Below, piece by piece: positions 28,825 to 39,557 of a DNA stretch of 64,000 bases. The notes under the pieces were generated by a model. The model saw only the letters and a program-made list of their open reading frames with translations, was not told the origin of the DNA and did no database searches. Position numbers and translations under genes: made by a program. Position 1 is the first letter of the stretch. Every line of letters begins with the position of its first letter. Source of the DNA: Verrucomicrobiia bacterium (GTDB lineage Bacteria > Verrucomicrobiota > Verrucomicrobiia > Limisphaerales > UBA1319); NCBI GenBank assembly GCA_963664225.1, contig OY760937.1, forward strand, positions 5,248,001 through 5,312,000. The letters run 5' to 3'.

Positions 28825-30138
28825 ATGAAACGTAAACTGCAAATCATCATCAGCGCCTCAGCTGCCTCGTTCCTGGCGTTTTCGGCTTTGGCCGAAGACC
28901 AACCCAATCCGACGCGGGAGGGACTGGATTACACTCATGGCCGCATGCCCAGTGCGCAGCGGCCGGACAGTATAAATGACGCGGCTAAAGCCAGCGACCT
29001 CATCGGCATGACAGTCAAAAACTACCAGAATGAAAAAATCGGCAAAGTCGAAGACCTCGCGGTGGATGTGGAATCCGGCCGGGTTGTCCAAGTGATCGTG
29101 TCCACCGGAGGATTCATCGGTATCGGAGATACGCAGACAGCTGTGCCACCAAGTGCCTTTCATCACGATGTTTCCAACCAGGTGCTTCAGCTGGATGCCA
29201 ACAAAGAAAAACTGCAGAAGGCACCTAAAATCGACATGTCGAAATGGTCTGATTACTCTGACTCAAATCATCTAGCTCAAGTTTATTCCCTTTACGGCCA
29301 AGAACATACCTTGGGTTTTATTCAAGCCGGAGAAGCGGCTCGGGATGGCCAACGCACCACGGCGAATGCACCCGACATTGATTCAAACCGTAAGACGGAT
29401 GGGCCATGGGACAAGGACCGCGTCTCGAGCGATGGCCAAAGCCAATGGATGATTCCGGCATCACGGCTGAGCCAGGTCCAGAAGGCAAGCAAGCTCCTGG
29501 GCACGCCCGTGAACAATTTGCAGGATGAGAAGTTGGGCAAGGTGGAAAACCTCCAAGTTGATCTTCCCGCGGGCCGCATTCTGGCGGTCATCGTTTCCTC
29601 CGGCGGTTTCCTCGGGATGGGTGAGGAACTAAGCGCCATTCCGCCCACCGCGCTTCGATTCACTGCCGATCGCGACACTCTCAAGCTTGATGCCTCGAAG
29701 GAAATGTTGGCAAGCGCACCGCATTTTAAAGCCAACCAATGGCCTGACTTCGCCCAACCTGTTTACTCCGGCGGAGTGTATCGCGCCTACCATGTTGAGC
29801 CGTATTTCACCAGCGATGCGGCAACGCAGCCGGACAACACGACGCTTAACGTTCGCGACCGCAATAACAGCACCCTCACCCCGCTCGACCAGGGCAACAA
29901 CAAGGCAGACCTGGATATAACGGCGCAAATTCGAAAACAAATCATCGCCACAAAGGATATGTCCGTGAACGCCAAGAATGTGAAGATCATCACTGAGAAT
30001 GGCCGCGTCACCCTCCGCGGGCCGGTCAATACAGCCGAGGAAAAGCGTTTGATCGGTGAAATTGCGGAACGCATCGCCCGTTCCGAAAATGTGGACAACC
30101 AACTGGAAGTGAAAGTGACTAATACCACCAGCGAGTAA
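28825..30138 (+). CDS. Periplasmic protein with two PRC-barrel domains and a C-terminal BON domain
   Basis: Signal peptide; two KAS.L.G..V.N.Q.EK.GKVE.L.VD..GR...V.VS.GGF.G.G modules; NVKIITENGRVTLRGPV...VDNQLEV. Confidence 0.92.
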   Translation: MKRKLQIIISASAASFLAFSALAEDQPNPTREGLDYTHGRMPSAQRPDSINDAAKASDLIGMTVKNYQNEKIGKVEDLAVDVESGRVVQVIVSTGGFIGIGDTQTAVPPSAFHHDVSNQVLQLDANKEKLQKAPKIDMSKWSDYSDSNHLAQVYSLYGQEHTLGFIQAGEAARDGQRTTANAPDIDSNRKTDGPWDKDRVSSDGQSQWMIPASRLSQVQKASKLLGTPVNNLQDEKLGKVENLQVDLPAGRILAVIVSSGGFLGMGEELSAIPPTALRFTADRDTLKLDASKEMLASAPHFKANQWPDFAQPVYSGGVYRAYHVEPYFTSDAATQPDNTTLNVRDRNNSTLTPLDQGNNKADLDITAQIRKQIIATKDMSVNAKNVKIITENGRVTLRGPVNTAEEKRLIGEIAERIARSENVDNQLEVKVTNTTSE

Positions 30139-30173
30139 TTTAATCGAACAAAACAAAAAGAAAGGTAAATATT

Positions 30174-30836
30174 ATGTCAAAGAAATCAGTGTTTTGTATC
30201 GCCTCCTCGCGCGGGCAAGCCGATCATATCGTCGAGCTGCTCAAGATCGCGAACTTCTCGAACAACGACATCTCCGTGCTGTTTCCCGACAAGGGGACGA
30301 CTCGCGATTTCGCGCACGAGAAGAATACCAAAGCCCCGGAAGGCGCCGTTACCGGCGCGGGCACTGGTGGCGTCGTCGGCGGGGCGCTGGGCTGGATCGC
30401 TGGGATTGGCGCATTAGCCATTCCTGGAGTCGGCCCATTCATCGCCGCGGGGCCGATCATCGCCGCGCTGAGCGGTGCTGCCGTCGGTGCTGCCGTCGGT
30501 GGTATTGCTGGCGGATTAATCGGCCTGGGCATTCCCGAAATCGAAGCCAAACGCTACGAAGGCAAAGTCAAGGCGGGCAATCTCCTCATCTCGGTCCATA
30601 CCGAGAATTCAGAGGAAATTTCCCGGGCCAGGAACATCTTCACCAGAGCTGGCGCGCAGGACATCTGCACCACGGGTGAGGCGTCCACACCCAAGGAAGG
30701 CCGGGCCGCCGATCGCCCCGCTCACATATCCGATGATGGCCGGACCTCTAATCGAACGGCAACGTTAACCGAAGAAACACGGGCTGCGGATTGCCCGGTC
30801 CGTTCATCCGACGATAGCCACTCCGTAAACCGGTAA
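30174..30836 (+). CDS. General-stress-type membrane protein with glycine-zipper helices
   Basis: DFAHEKNTKAPEGA...GALAIPGVGPFIAAGP...GIPEIEAKRYE. Confidence 0.85.
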   Translation: MSKKSVFCIASSRGQADHIVELLKIANFSNNDISVLFPDKGTTRDFAHEKNTKAPEGAVTGAGTGGVVGGALGWIAGIGALAIPGVGPFIAAGPIIAALSGAAVGAAVGGIAGGLIGLGIPEIEAKRYEGKVKAGNLLISVHTENSEEISRARNIFTRAGAQDICTTGEASTPKEGRAADRPAHISDDGRTSNRTATLTEETRAADCPVRSSDDSHSVNR

Positions 30837-30900
30837 AATTGTCGGGGTGCCCTGGCGGTTGAATGACCCGGCGCCTGGGCTTCCAACCTTTTATAAAACT

Positions 30901-31509
30901 ATGAACACTACGAACAAAAAAATACTTAAGGATTTATTTTTGGACGAACTCGCGGATATGTATGACGCGGAGCATCGGATCGTCCAGGCCATTCCAAAGT
31001 TGGCCAGGGCCGCCACCTCCCCTGATCTCAAAACTGCGCTGGAGGCTCATTTGCATGAAACCGAAGGCCAGGTCGTAAAACTCGAAAAAGTCTTCGAATT
31101 ATTTGACGAAAAAGCCAAAGGCAAGCCATGCGAAGCCATGCAGGGGCTTTTGAAAGAAGGCGACGAAATCGCAGCCACTTTCAAGGGTTCACCGGCCATC
31201 AATGCGGCATTAATCTCCGCCGGCCAGAAGGTCGAACATTATGAGATGGCCTCTTATGGCTGCCTGCGCGAGTGGGCGGTGTTGCTGGGAAATGAAAAAG
31301 CCGCCGGACTCCTGCAAGAAATCCTGGATCAGGAGAAAGCAGCTAATGCTACGCTCAGCCGGTTGGCACAAGACGGCTGCAACGACGAAGCTTTAGGCGA
31401 ATCCAACGAAAAGGAATCGGAAACTTCGGACAAATCATCGGGTAAATCGAGCCACTACGGTCGGCCTGTCGGAGCGACCGCTGTTCGTGGCGTTTCACCG
31501 AAACGCTAA
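30901..31509 (+). CDS. DUF892 / YciE-YciF ferritin-like stress protein
   Basis: DELADMYDAE, HLHETEGQ, CEAMQGLLKEG, QKVEHYEMASYG. Confidence 0.92.
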   Translation: MNTTNKKILKDLFLDELADMYDAEHRIVQAIPKLARAATSPDLKTALEAHLHETEGQVVKLEKVFELFDEKAKGKPCEAMQGLLKEGDEIAATFKGSPAINAALISAGQKVEHYEMASYGCLREWAVLLGNEKAAGLLQEILDQEKAANATLSRLAQDGCNDEALGESNEKESETSDKSSGKSSHYGRPVGATAVRGVSPKR

Positions 31510-31576
31510 TCATCATGTCTACGCGACCGCCGCAAGACGGTCGCGGAACTTTCCATTACTTTTAACTAAACAATCT

Positions 31577-31699
31577 ATGATTGCAGTAATTATTCCAATG
31601 TTCGCCGCCGCAGGTTACTCGGCGATATATCTCCTGGGAGGCGGAGGCCTTATTGGTGCCATCGTCATCTTCTTCATCGCAAAAATGTTTCGTAAATGA
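31577..31699 (+). CDS. Small (40 aa) hydrophobic membrane protein
   Basis: MIAVIIPMFAAAGYSAIYLLGGGGLIGAIVIFFIAKMFRK; A-rich leader like the neighbouring genes. Confidence 0.6.
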   Translation: MIAVIIPMFAAAGYSAIYLLGGGGLIGAIVIFFIAKMFRK

Positions 31700-32031
31700 A
31701 CGTTTCCCTCCATCCGCCGTTGAAGTCGGGTCCGGAAATCACAAGTATTCCAGGCGTGCCTGCTTGGAGATAAATGCATCCTGCGGGTTTATCAATCGGC
31801 ATATCGAACCGGCTGAATGGGTAACAGGAAGTGGATAAACAGAGTCAGATATTATAGATTACGGCGGGGCGGGCCGCCTGGCTTGTTCCCCATGAACACG
31901 GCGGAATAGATGGGAACACCGTGTATTCACAAATATGTCAAACCGGACTGGTAGCAACCTCTCATCCTGGCGAATTTCAATGAGAACACCGCAAGTCGAA
32001 TCGTCTGGCAGCAAAATAACATGGGAAAAAG

Positions 32032-33234
32032 ATGAAATCCCCGGCTCCTCAAAAAAAAGCAGGGAATCCCCATTCGATCTCGTTTTATGTGCTGCTGGGA
32101 GCGGTGGCGTTTGCCTTCATCAAAACGTTCACGCAGTTGTCTCCCATTCTGCTCTCGTTTCTCCTCATTTTGCTGATTTCCCTTGCCGTCAATCCCATCA
32201 TTTCCAGGATGCGCGCCTTGACGGGCGGGAGAAAAATCGCCACCGCGATTCTTGCGACTGCATTTATGGCTCTGCTCGTTCTGACGGGACTGGCCTTTTT
32301 CGCGCCAATGAAAACCTCGGTCGCAAAGCTATCGGACGAGTTTCCGGTTTACTGGGCGCGGATCCAAAAGCCCTTGATCAAATTGGAGCGCCAGGCGGCT
32401 CATTCCGAGGACAAAATTCAGGCCGAAGTCACTTCCGAAATTTCCCGTTCCACGAATAAATTGGAGAGGCCCGAAGTCGCGCCGGCCAGCGAACCGCCTC
32501 CGGACAAAACCACAAAGGGTACCGGTTCGATTCGTTCCGGTTTGACCCAGACACTACAGGGCGTGGCCGGTCGCTTTACGGCGGTGGCATTCAATGTGGC
32601 CCAGATTGTGTTCGTTTTGGCGACCGTCCTCGTTGGCACCACCTATACGCTCATGAACCCCCGCCCGATTTTCGAGGCGATCTTTTCTCTGGTGCCCGAG
32701 CGCCACCACGCTCAGACATTGACCATCATGCAACGCATTGCAAAATTTGTCCCCGGTTGGGCATTGGCAACAGCTCTGGCCATGCTGACCGTCGGTTTTT
32801 TGGTTTTTGTGCTGATGTGGCCCCTGCTGGGTTTTACCGATGCCTTGGTCCTGGGACTCATCGCGGGTGTCTTTGAAGCCATTCCGTATCTTGGCCCCAT
32901 CCTCAGCGCGCTGCCCGCGCTCATGTTCGCTCTGACCAAGGGAGGATGGACTCCCCTCTGGGTTCTACTCGCGTATCTCGCTGTACAGCTCCTGGAAAAT
33001 AATGTGATCATCACTCTGATCGTCTCGCGCAGCATGAAGCTGCATTCCACGGCAGTCATCTTTTCCATGCTTTTGTGTGTCGCTGCCTTCGGTGTTCTGG
33101 GCGTTTTGGTCGCGGCACCCCTGGTCGCGATTTTGCAGATATTGCATGATGAACTCTATCGAAAACGCTATCTTCCCAACGCCACAGACGCAGACCTGGA
33201 AAAGCTGGCGCGAAAATCTCTGGGCGAAAAGTAG
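32032..33234 (+). CDS. AI-2E family transporter
   Basis: Multi-TM protein; IPYLGP, VQLLENNVI, FGVLGVLVAAPL. Confidence 0.9.
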   Translation: MKSPAPQKKAGNPHSISFYVLLGAVAFAFIKTFTQLSPILLSFLLILLISLAVNPIISRMRALTGGRKIATAILATAFMALLVLTGLAFFAPMKTSVAKLSDEFPVYWARIQKPLIKLERQAAHSEDKIQAEVTSEISRSTNKLERPEVAPASEPPPDKTTKGTGSIRSGLTQTLQGVAGRFTAVAFNVAQIVFVLATVLVGTTYTLMNPRPIFEAIFSLVPERHHAQTLTIMQRIAKFVPGWALATALAMLTVGFLVFVLMWPLLGFTDALVLGLIAGVFEAIPYLGPILSALPALMFALTKGGWTPLWVLLAYLAVQLLENNVIITLIVSRSMKLHSTAVIFSMLLCVAAFGVLGVLVAAPLVAILQILHDELYRKRYLPNATDADLEKLARKSLGEK

Positions 33235-33319
33235 GCGGGACGGCTCAAACAATATTCTGCTCGCATGAAACACTTCCTCACACCCCCAGCTAGGCACAAC
33301 CAGAAAATAGAACATTAAT

Positions 33320-33941
33320 CCAATGGGAAATCCTCCGGCTGTGCCGGAGGACTCCCGAAGTTTGACAGCTCCGGGAGTCGTTTGTGAGTCTGTATTTCGT
33401 GAACCGCTCAAAGTTTACGAAAAGGACAGACCATGCAAACATATGAGAGTTTGAAACACACGACGTGGGAATGCAAATATCATGTGGTGTTCATACCGAA
33501 ATGCCGTCGGAAGGTGTTGTATCAGGGGATCCGGCGAGAATTGGGGGAAGTGTTCCGCAGTTTGGCGGAGCAGCGGGAATGCACAGTGGAGGAAGGGCAT
33601 CTGATGGCCGACCATGTGCATATGCTCCTGTCAGTGCCGCCGAAGTATTCGGTATCCAACGTGATGGGTTTCATCAAAGGCAAAAGTTCGATACATATCG
33701 CGCGGGTTTATACAGGGCGGCGGAGAAATTTCGTCGGCCAGCATTTTTGGGCACGCGGGTATTGGGTATCAACGGTCGGCAAGAACGAGGCTGCCGTGCG
33801 TCAGTATATCCAAAACCAGGAGAAGGAAGACAAACGCCTCGAACAATTGGAGCTGACGGCGCTTTGAGCGCCTCACGATCCTAAGCCGCTTTGAGCGGTT
33901 CACGCTATCTCAAGCCTCCGGCTTTGCCGGAGGTCGCTGAC
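33320..33941 (+). mobile_element. IS200/IS605-family element (tnpA only)
   Basis: Subterminal hairpins CCTCCGGC-N3-GCCGGAGG at 33332-33350 and 33915-33933; right end TGAC; left boundary approximate. Confidence 0.85.
33433..33867 (+). CDS. tnpA: IS200/IS605 Y1 (HUH) transposase
   Basis: CKYHVVFIPK.RRK, DHVHML (HUH), FWARGY.VSTVG, YI.NQ. Confidence 0.96.
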   Translation: MQTYESLKHTTWECKYHVVFIPKCRRKVLYQGIRRELGEVFRSLAEQRECTVEEGHLMADHVHMLLSVPPKYSVSNVMGFIKGKSSIHIARVYTGRRRNFVGQHFWARGYWVSTVGKNEAAVRQYIQNQEKEDKRLEQLELTAL

Positions 33942-33961
33942 ATATCTGGACAGTGAAACGT

Positions 33962-35140
33962 TCAGGCAGCCTTGTCGAGGTTGAAGGCGTCTGAATATCT
34001 ACAGAATCGCGGGTCTGTTTTGGAGGCCAGGAATTTCTTGAGGGAAAGACTTTGGGCTGAACTGCGGAGAAATTCCGGCCACGTATGGCACAGGGCCTCG
34101 GAAACGACCCATTCGGAAGGGGGTTTCTGGGGGACTGCGGTGCGAATATAGGTGTGGAAATTGAACCAGGCCACGCGCCGGAAGTGGAGCGCCAGGTATT
34201 GCATCAACCCCTGGGCAATGAGTCCGAGTTGGAGGTGGCGCTCATAAGCCCCAAGCTTGCGCCGGATGTTTTGGCGATAGGCTTCTGACTTGTGATGGAC
34301 ATGCTGTTTGCCGCTGCCCCGCTCAATGGGCGTCATGTCCTGCATCCAGAAATGGTAGGCATAGGCGCCAACGGTGTGAATGGCGGCTTTGAAACCCACC
34401 TCAATTTTGAAGCGCCAACCATAAAGCCGGAGAATCTCCATCGGTTCGAGGGTCACATCCGTGCAAAGGAGGACCATTCGACCGCGCGTGGGATGATCCA
34501 CCCAGACAAAGCGCACCATCCGCCCCGATTGACGCCAGAGCAGATCGGCGCTCAGGAAGCGCAAAGTCACGTCCTTCTCGCCATAGACCGGACTGGGGGC
34601 CTTGGTGAATTGCTTGGCATGGCGAAACCACGTCTTGAGTTTGGTCTTGTTCCCATAGGTTTTGGGCCGTCCAGGCCGTTTGGTCCCTGGGGATGGCTCG
34701 GGGAAGTAGGCGACGGCGGTGGTTCTGACGCGGGTGACCAGATGATGACCCTGACCCAGAAGAGCCCGGGCGAATTTGGCGGCCGCGTAATAGGCATCGG
34801 CCACGACGAGGACCGGTTCACTCCAGTGGAGTCCCAAAATGAGGGACCCCAATTTGTCGAGCAAGGTGCGCCGGTCGCGGTTTGACCAGCGCAGGCCCTC
34901 ATGAATCCGGGCTGTGACGGGCACCGCCATGCACACCCCGGCGGCCTGCGCCAGCAGGGCGACGGCCTGAATCGAGTGTCCCATGATAAAGCTCGCCTTA
35001 GAGTTGGAGCCCGACTCCTGGTGGAGGCTTTTGACGGCGGGCATCTTGCGGCCCACCTTGCCCCGTTTGAGTCCGTCGACCAGGAGAATAGGCCTTCCTT
35101 TGACCCGCACCAGCCTCCGGGCCAGTATCCGTTCCAGCGT
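33962..35140 (-). pseudogene. 5'-truncated DDE transposase (IS4/IS701-like)
   Basis: LVDG.K..K.GRKMPAVK.LHQES, VADAYY, Y..R..IE (YGWRFKIEVGFK); N-terminus replaced at about 35140; candidate end CTGGACAGTGAAAC at 33946. Confidence 0.8.
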
Positions 35141-35402
35141 TCAGACCCGCCGCCTTAAACTCGGTCTGCGTCATAGGTCGCCACGCAAGAAGCGGCCTTG
35201 GACACCCGGGGAGGACGCGCTCTTGGGCACCGCGTCTGATACAGAGATTGCCGCGCGCCTTGAACGCCATGTGGCCGTCGTTTGCATCCGCCGCCAAAAG
35301 CTGGGCATCGCCAATCTGTATTGGCGGCAGCGCAGTGGGAGACAGCGTTTACGGAAAGGTCAGCCCTCGGAGAATCCCACCGCAAGTGCTTCGCATCCGT
35401 AG
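35138..35402 (+). pseudogene. C-terminal fragment of a Myb/HTH-like repeat protein (WTPxEDxLLG repeat)
   Basis: RRLKLG...PWTPGEDALLGTASDTEIAARLER...RRQKLGI; homologous to 54823-55016. Confidence 0.6.
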
Positions 35403-36137
35403 TTGCACACCCACAGTCGGGTGCTAGTCCACCACGAGATTAAAGAATTAGAGGCAGTAGGGCCATGCCTCGTGGAAAGTGCGGTCCAACCGCCTGGTTT
35501 CAAGGCTGGCATGAATCTTACGTGGTCCCGTGTCCCAACCCTCAATGCTGAAGACCACGCAGTTGATCGTCTGCCGGAGGCGGCGGCCACAATTGGACCA
35601 GAATGGTTCTGGGTTCAGCAACCCATGGAAGCATGCTATTGCTCCTGGCCGCGGTGGGGTGGTATCCGCTTGTCCTGTTGTGTCTGGCGATGGGCGGATG
35701 GGGGATGGTGCTTTACTTTTCAACGAGTAATACCCCCATCCAAAGCCGCGTCTCGGATGAGATGCGCGGGCGCGTGATGGGCATCTGGGGTTTGGTGTTC
35801 GGCGGCATGTTGCCGGTGGGCGGGCTCGAATCGGGTCTCCTTTCGCAGGCCATTGGGGTGCCTTGGACGATCACGGCGGGGGCACTTGTGTGCGCGAGTG
35901 CCGGGCTGGTAACGTGGCCGGTCATGCGGCGTAACCTGCCTGGCCCCAGTTGAGCCGCGCGCCTGATTTGTTTGTCGCCATCGGTATCAGCGACCATGGC
36001 ACTGGAGTTTGAGCAGGCATGGTGCCTTTGGATCAACCTTTGCCATCGGCAGGTCCTGAGCCTCGGTCTTTTTTATGACCACACTCAGGAGGGGGATAGA
36101 TCATGCGCCCGACTCGCCTGTCTGGAACAATTCCAGG
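35395..36137 (+). repeat. Degenerate mosaic module, copy A (CRR6/DUF1817-like fragment on -, MFS C-terminal fragment on +, 3' end of the next gene)
   Basis: 35395-35622 aligns with 47682-47910 and 35857-36137 aligns with 47973-48257. The minus strand has FSIEGWD..PR.IH...AWPY; the plus strand has IQSRVSDEMRGRVMGIW. Confidence 0.75.
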
Positions 36138-37078
36138 GCGGTCAGAAAAGGATCATTCAAGTCCATGCCCAAATCATGCTCCGGCGCGATGCGCTTGAAC
36201 CCGGCATACATGAGGCACATCATTTGCAGGCCGGTAAACTGTTCATCGGGCAGCGATTTCAGGGTGTATTTCGGTTCCGGTGACGCGTAATCAAGTCCGT
36301 GGCGACCCACGGAGGCCGCCTCGAAGGCAATTTTTCGAACCTTTTCGACGGGCAGTTTGTCGTAACGTTTCAACACGGCCAATAAGTGCCACACTGCCGC
36401 AGGATACTTCTTTTTCAGCAGGTCCACATTGGTGACCCCTTCCTCCTGCGGTGCTGTCATGACTTCGTGGTGGCCTGGATTGGGTTGCCAGGCAAACCAG
36501 CCACGTATCCCAAGCATATCGGCAAACTTATCCACGAGGGCATACTCATCGCCAGGACCAATTTGCGGTTGGCGCGATTGCCAGTGGTGGAACAGGCGCT
36601 GGGATAGGCCAAACGCCTCCAGCTTCTGAAAGCGGTTTGCCACATCAGTAGCGCCATGAAAGAGGTGATCGAGAAATAATGCGAACGCACCGTTCATCGC
36701 CAGGCTGGCCCGGAAGATGAGCGGGGTAGTGACCTGACGGATGTCGGGGTGATTGGTTGCCTCCCATGCCTCCTCCGCCATCAGGAGCAGCGACTCGAAC
36801 TGGGCCGCATGAAGCACCGGCATTTTCACCCGTAACTCCGCCTCAATCAGCATGTCGAGCGGACAATTGTAGAGGAAATTCGCTAGGCCTGTGATGAGGG
36901 ACTTTACCAAATTATGAACTGAATCATCGCGATAGCCAAGGCGTTGAATCCTGCGAATGTCACCTTGGATACGGTCCTTCGCTGTCTGTTCCGTCGCCGT
37001 AGTTGTCGTGAAAAACTGGTTCTTATCGATCATTCGGGCCTCGGATTCCAGCCGGAGATGCGTCAACTTGTGGGCCAT
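36101..37078 (-). pseudogene. C-terminal part of a larger (probably TPR-containing) protein, 5'-truncated
   Basis: Begins abruptly at AHKLTHL; C-terminal GLDYASPEPKYTLKSLP...GLQMMCLMYAGFK; no RBS context. Confidence 0.5.
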
Positions 37079-37396
37079 CTACGCCAGAGCCTATAACACC
37101 ATTCTTGATAGAAGAGATGGCCCTCTGGCTCCGTCGCAGATCACAGACATCCCGCCCGGCACATTCAGAAAACGCGAGGCACCGATTCGGTAGAGGGTTT
37201 GACAAAACAACGTTGGCGGCTCCATTGACTGTGAAGGAGACCACCGCCACCATTCCTTTGAGAATACGGGCTCTCGGTGGTTGGCACTGTTTAAGGTCGG
37301 AATAACTGGACTCACCTGATGACAGGGATGCCACGAGCACTGATGCCCTGAGACCAGTTTGCTTTGCTGACTGTTGGAAGGGGAGGGGGAGTGAAT

Positions 37397-37560
37397 AATT
37401 CCTGAAAATTCCTGAAAGATTTGACCGCTTTTTGTCGCTTCGCTCAGTATTGCTTTTTTTGGAGTAGTCCTGTAAACTGCTTCTATATGGTAACTTACGT
37501 CAGCCTTATGGAAGGCTGGCAGACTGGGGCCTTTGGATTCGATTCCCTTCACCCGCTCCA
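37397..37560 (+). mobile_element. att-like junction 1: arm-type direct repeats plus tRNA-Gly 3'-end fragment
   Basis: AATTCCTGAA x2 at 37397-37416; hairpin CAGCCTT-ATGG-AAGGCTG; TTCGATTCCCTTCACCCGCTCCA at 37538-37560 with no tRNA 5' half. Confidence 0.75.
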
Positions 37561-38095
37561 AATCCATAAGTTTCTGGCGTTTCGACACATTTAATAGCCT
37601 TTCTCCATAGACGCGACCAAGGGCGGTAGCACCTACGGCCAAACAGGGAAATTGCCCAAAGAACAGCACAGGCCGTTGCCGGTGAATACGCGCGAGCTGA
37701 AATGCTGGCTCAAGAGGGGAAGGTAAGTAGGAATCAATTCCGCAAGGTGTTGCACGACACTCTGGTTTGACCGATGAAACTCACCGGAGTGTGTTTGTGC
37801 GATGGCAAAAACTCGCCCCATTTAGATCGAATAAGCTGTAAGGATCCTCCGTCAAGAGGTTATGCACAGCGTACTCCACCAGCACAGAAGATTTGCGTTT
37901 TTTTGGGTTGGGAATTCACTTTTAAGGAGGCGGCGTGAATTGTCGCATGGGTCAGCCGACCCTGTTAACCCAAGGCCTGCAATTTCAATAATCCGGACCT
38001 GCGGTGAAAACTCCTTGCGCAGATCTTTTCGCACTCCTGGGCATTGCCTGCGTGGCACTGGGAATTAGAATGCCACTTTTTCCAGATTCCGTAAT

Positions 38096-39544
38096 ATGGT
38101 TTTCAGTTCTCAACTATTCATCTTTTACTTTCTGCCGATTGTCCTTCTGGTTTATTACGCTTCTCCCCAAAAAGCGCGGCATCTCGGACTGACGCTTTTC
38201 AGTTACCTCTTTTACGGATGGGCGAATCCCTGGTTCGTTTTGCTGATGCTTGGCACCACGGCGGTGGATTACTTGGTGGGCCTTTGGATTGCCGGTGGAT
38301 TCGGCTGCAAAGAGGTTCCTCTCCTGCCGATAAATGGTCCACGAACACGAAGCCAAAAGATCGCATTGGCGGTGTCCGTGTGCAGCAACCTGTCGCTCCT
38401 GGGGTTCTTCAAGTATTTCAACTTTGGCCTCGAAAACTACAACGCCATGGTCGCTGCGCTCGGCCTTGCGTCGTGGCACTGGGACACGGCCCTGCGCGTG
38501 ATGCTCCCATTGGGCATCAGTTTCTACACGTTCCAGTCCATGAGCTATACGATCGACATCTACCGCGGGGAGGCGCGTGCGATCCGGAGCTTCATCGACT
38601 TTGCCTGCTTCGTCAGCATGTTCCCGCAGCTCGTCGCCGGTCCCATCATCCGGTTTAGCGAGATCGCGGACCAACTCCAGTCACGCACTCATACCGCGGA
38701 GAAATTCGCCCGCGGCGTGGCCATGGTCTCCGTCGGTCTTTCCAAAAAAGTCCTCCTCGCCAATCCTTGCGGCAAGGTTGCGGATGTCGTGTTTGCGGCC
38801 ACTCCGGCTGGGACGCTGGATTCCTGGTACGGGCTGCTGGCCTACGCGTTCCAGATCTATTTCGATTTCAGCGCGTATTCGGACATGGCGATCGGGTTGG
38901 GGTTGATGATGGGCTTCATGTTTGCAAAGAACTTCGACAGTCCGTACCAGTCCACCTCGGTCACCGAGTTCTGGCGCCGCTGGCATATTTCGCTATCGAC
39001 GTGGCTGCGCGATTATCTCTACATTCCGCTTGGCGGTAACCGCTTGGGCACGGGGCGCACCTATGTGAACCTCGCGGTTGTGATGCTTCTTGGCGGACTG
39101 TGGCATGGCGCGGCTTGGACGTTTGTCATCTGGGGCGCCATCCATGGCGGGATGCTGGTCATCGAGCGACTGCGCGGCAAGACAAGTCTCTACGAAAGAC
39201 TGCCGCGCCCGGTGCGCATAGCCCTGACATTTGCGCTCGTCAACCTTGCCTGGGTGTTCTTCCGGTCAAACGATCTTCCCTCGGCCCTGGCGTTTATCGG
39301 GCGGCTGTTCGGCTTTGGAACGGCGCATTCCGGGACGGCCCTGGTGGGCGGACTGCTCTACTCGCCGTATTATCTCGGCTGCTTTGTGCTGGCGGGCGCG
39401 GTTGTTTGGATCGCACCGCAAAGCTGGGACTGGACGCGGCGGCTCACCTGGCAGCGCGGGGTAACGTGCGTCGGCTTGCTGTGGGTCTCCCTGGCCGTCA
39501 TGGTGACCCAGGCTTACAACCCTTTTATTTACTTTATCTTTTGA
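38096..39544 (+). CDS. algI: MBOAT family O-acyltransferase (AlgI/PatA-like)
   Basis: PLGISFYTFQSMSY, FPQLVAGPI, QIYFDFSAYSDMAIG, FWRRWHISLSTWLRDYLYIPLGG, GLWHGA; C-terminal NPFIYFIF. Confidence 0.95.
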   Translation: MVFSSQLFIFYFLPIVLLVYYASPQKARHLGLTLFSYLFYGWANPWFVLLMLGTTAVDYLVGLWIAGGFGCKEVPLLPINGPRTRSQKIALAVSVCSNLSLLGFFKYFNFGLENYNAMVAALGLASWHWDTALRVMLPLGISFYTFQSMSYTIDIYRGEARAIRSFIDFACFVSMFPQLVAGPIIRFSEIADQLQSRTHTAEKFARGVAMVSVGLSKKVLLANPCGKVADVVFAATPAGTLDSWYGLLAYAFQIYFDFSAYSDMAIGLGLMMGFMFAKNFDSPYQSTSVTEFWRRWHISLSTWLRDYLYIPLGGNRLGTGRTYVNLAVVMLLGGLWHGAAWTFVIWGAIHGGMLVIERLRGKTSLYERLPRPVRIALTFALVNLAWVFFRSNDLPSALAFIGRLFGFGTAHSGTALVGGLLYSPYYLGCFVLAGAVVWIAPQSWDWTRRLTWQRGVTCVGLLWVSLAVMVTQAYNPFIYFIF

Positions 39545-39557
39545 GCCAGACAATTTC

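Noticed and set aside
37500..37560. Functional tRNA genes at the two Gly-like sites
   Set aside because: Only the T-loop and acceptor 3' strand are present; there is no matching 5' strand, D arm or anticodon arm.
37860..37869. DnaA-box-like TTATGCACA
   Set aside because: Single site with no cluster or AT-rich unwinding region.
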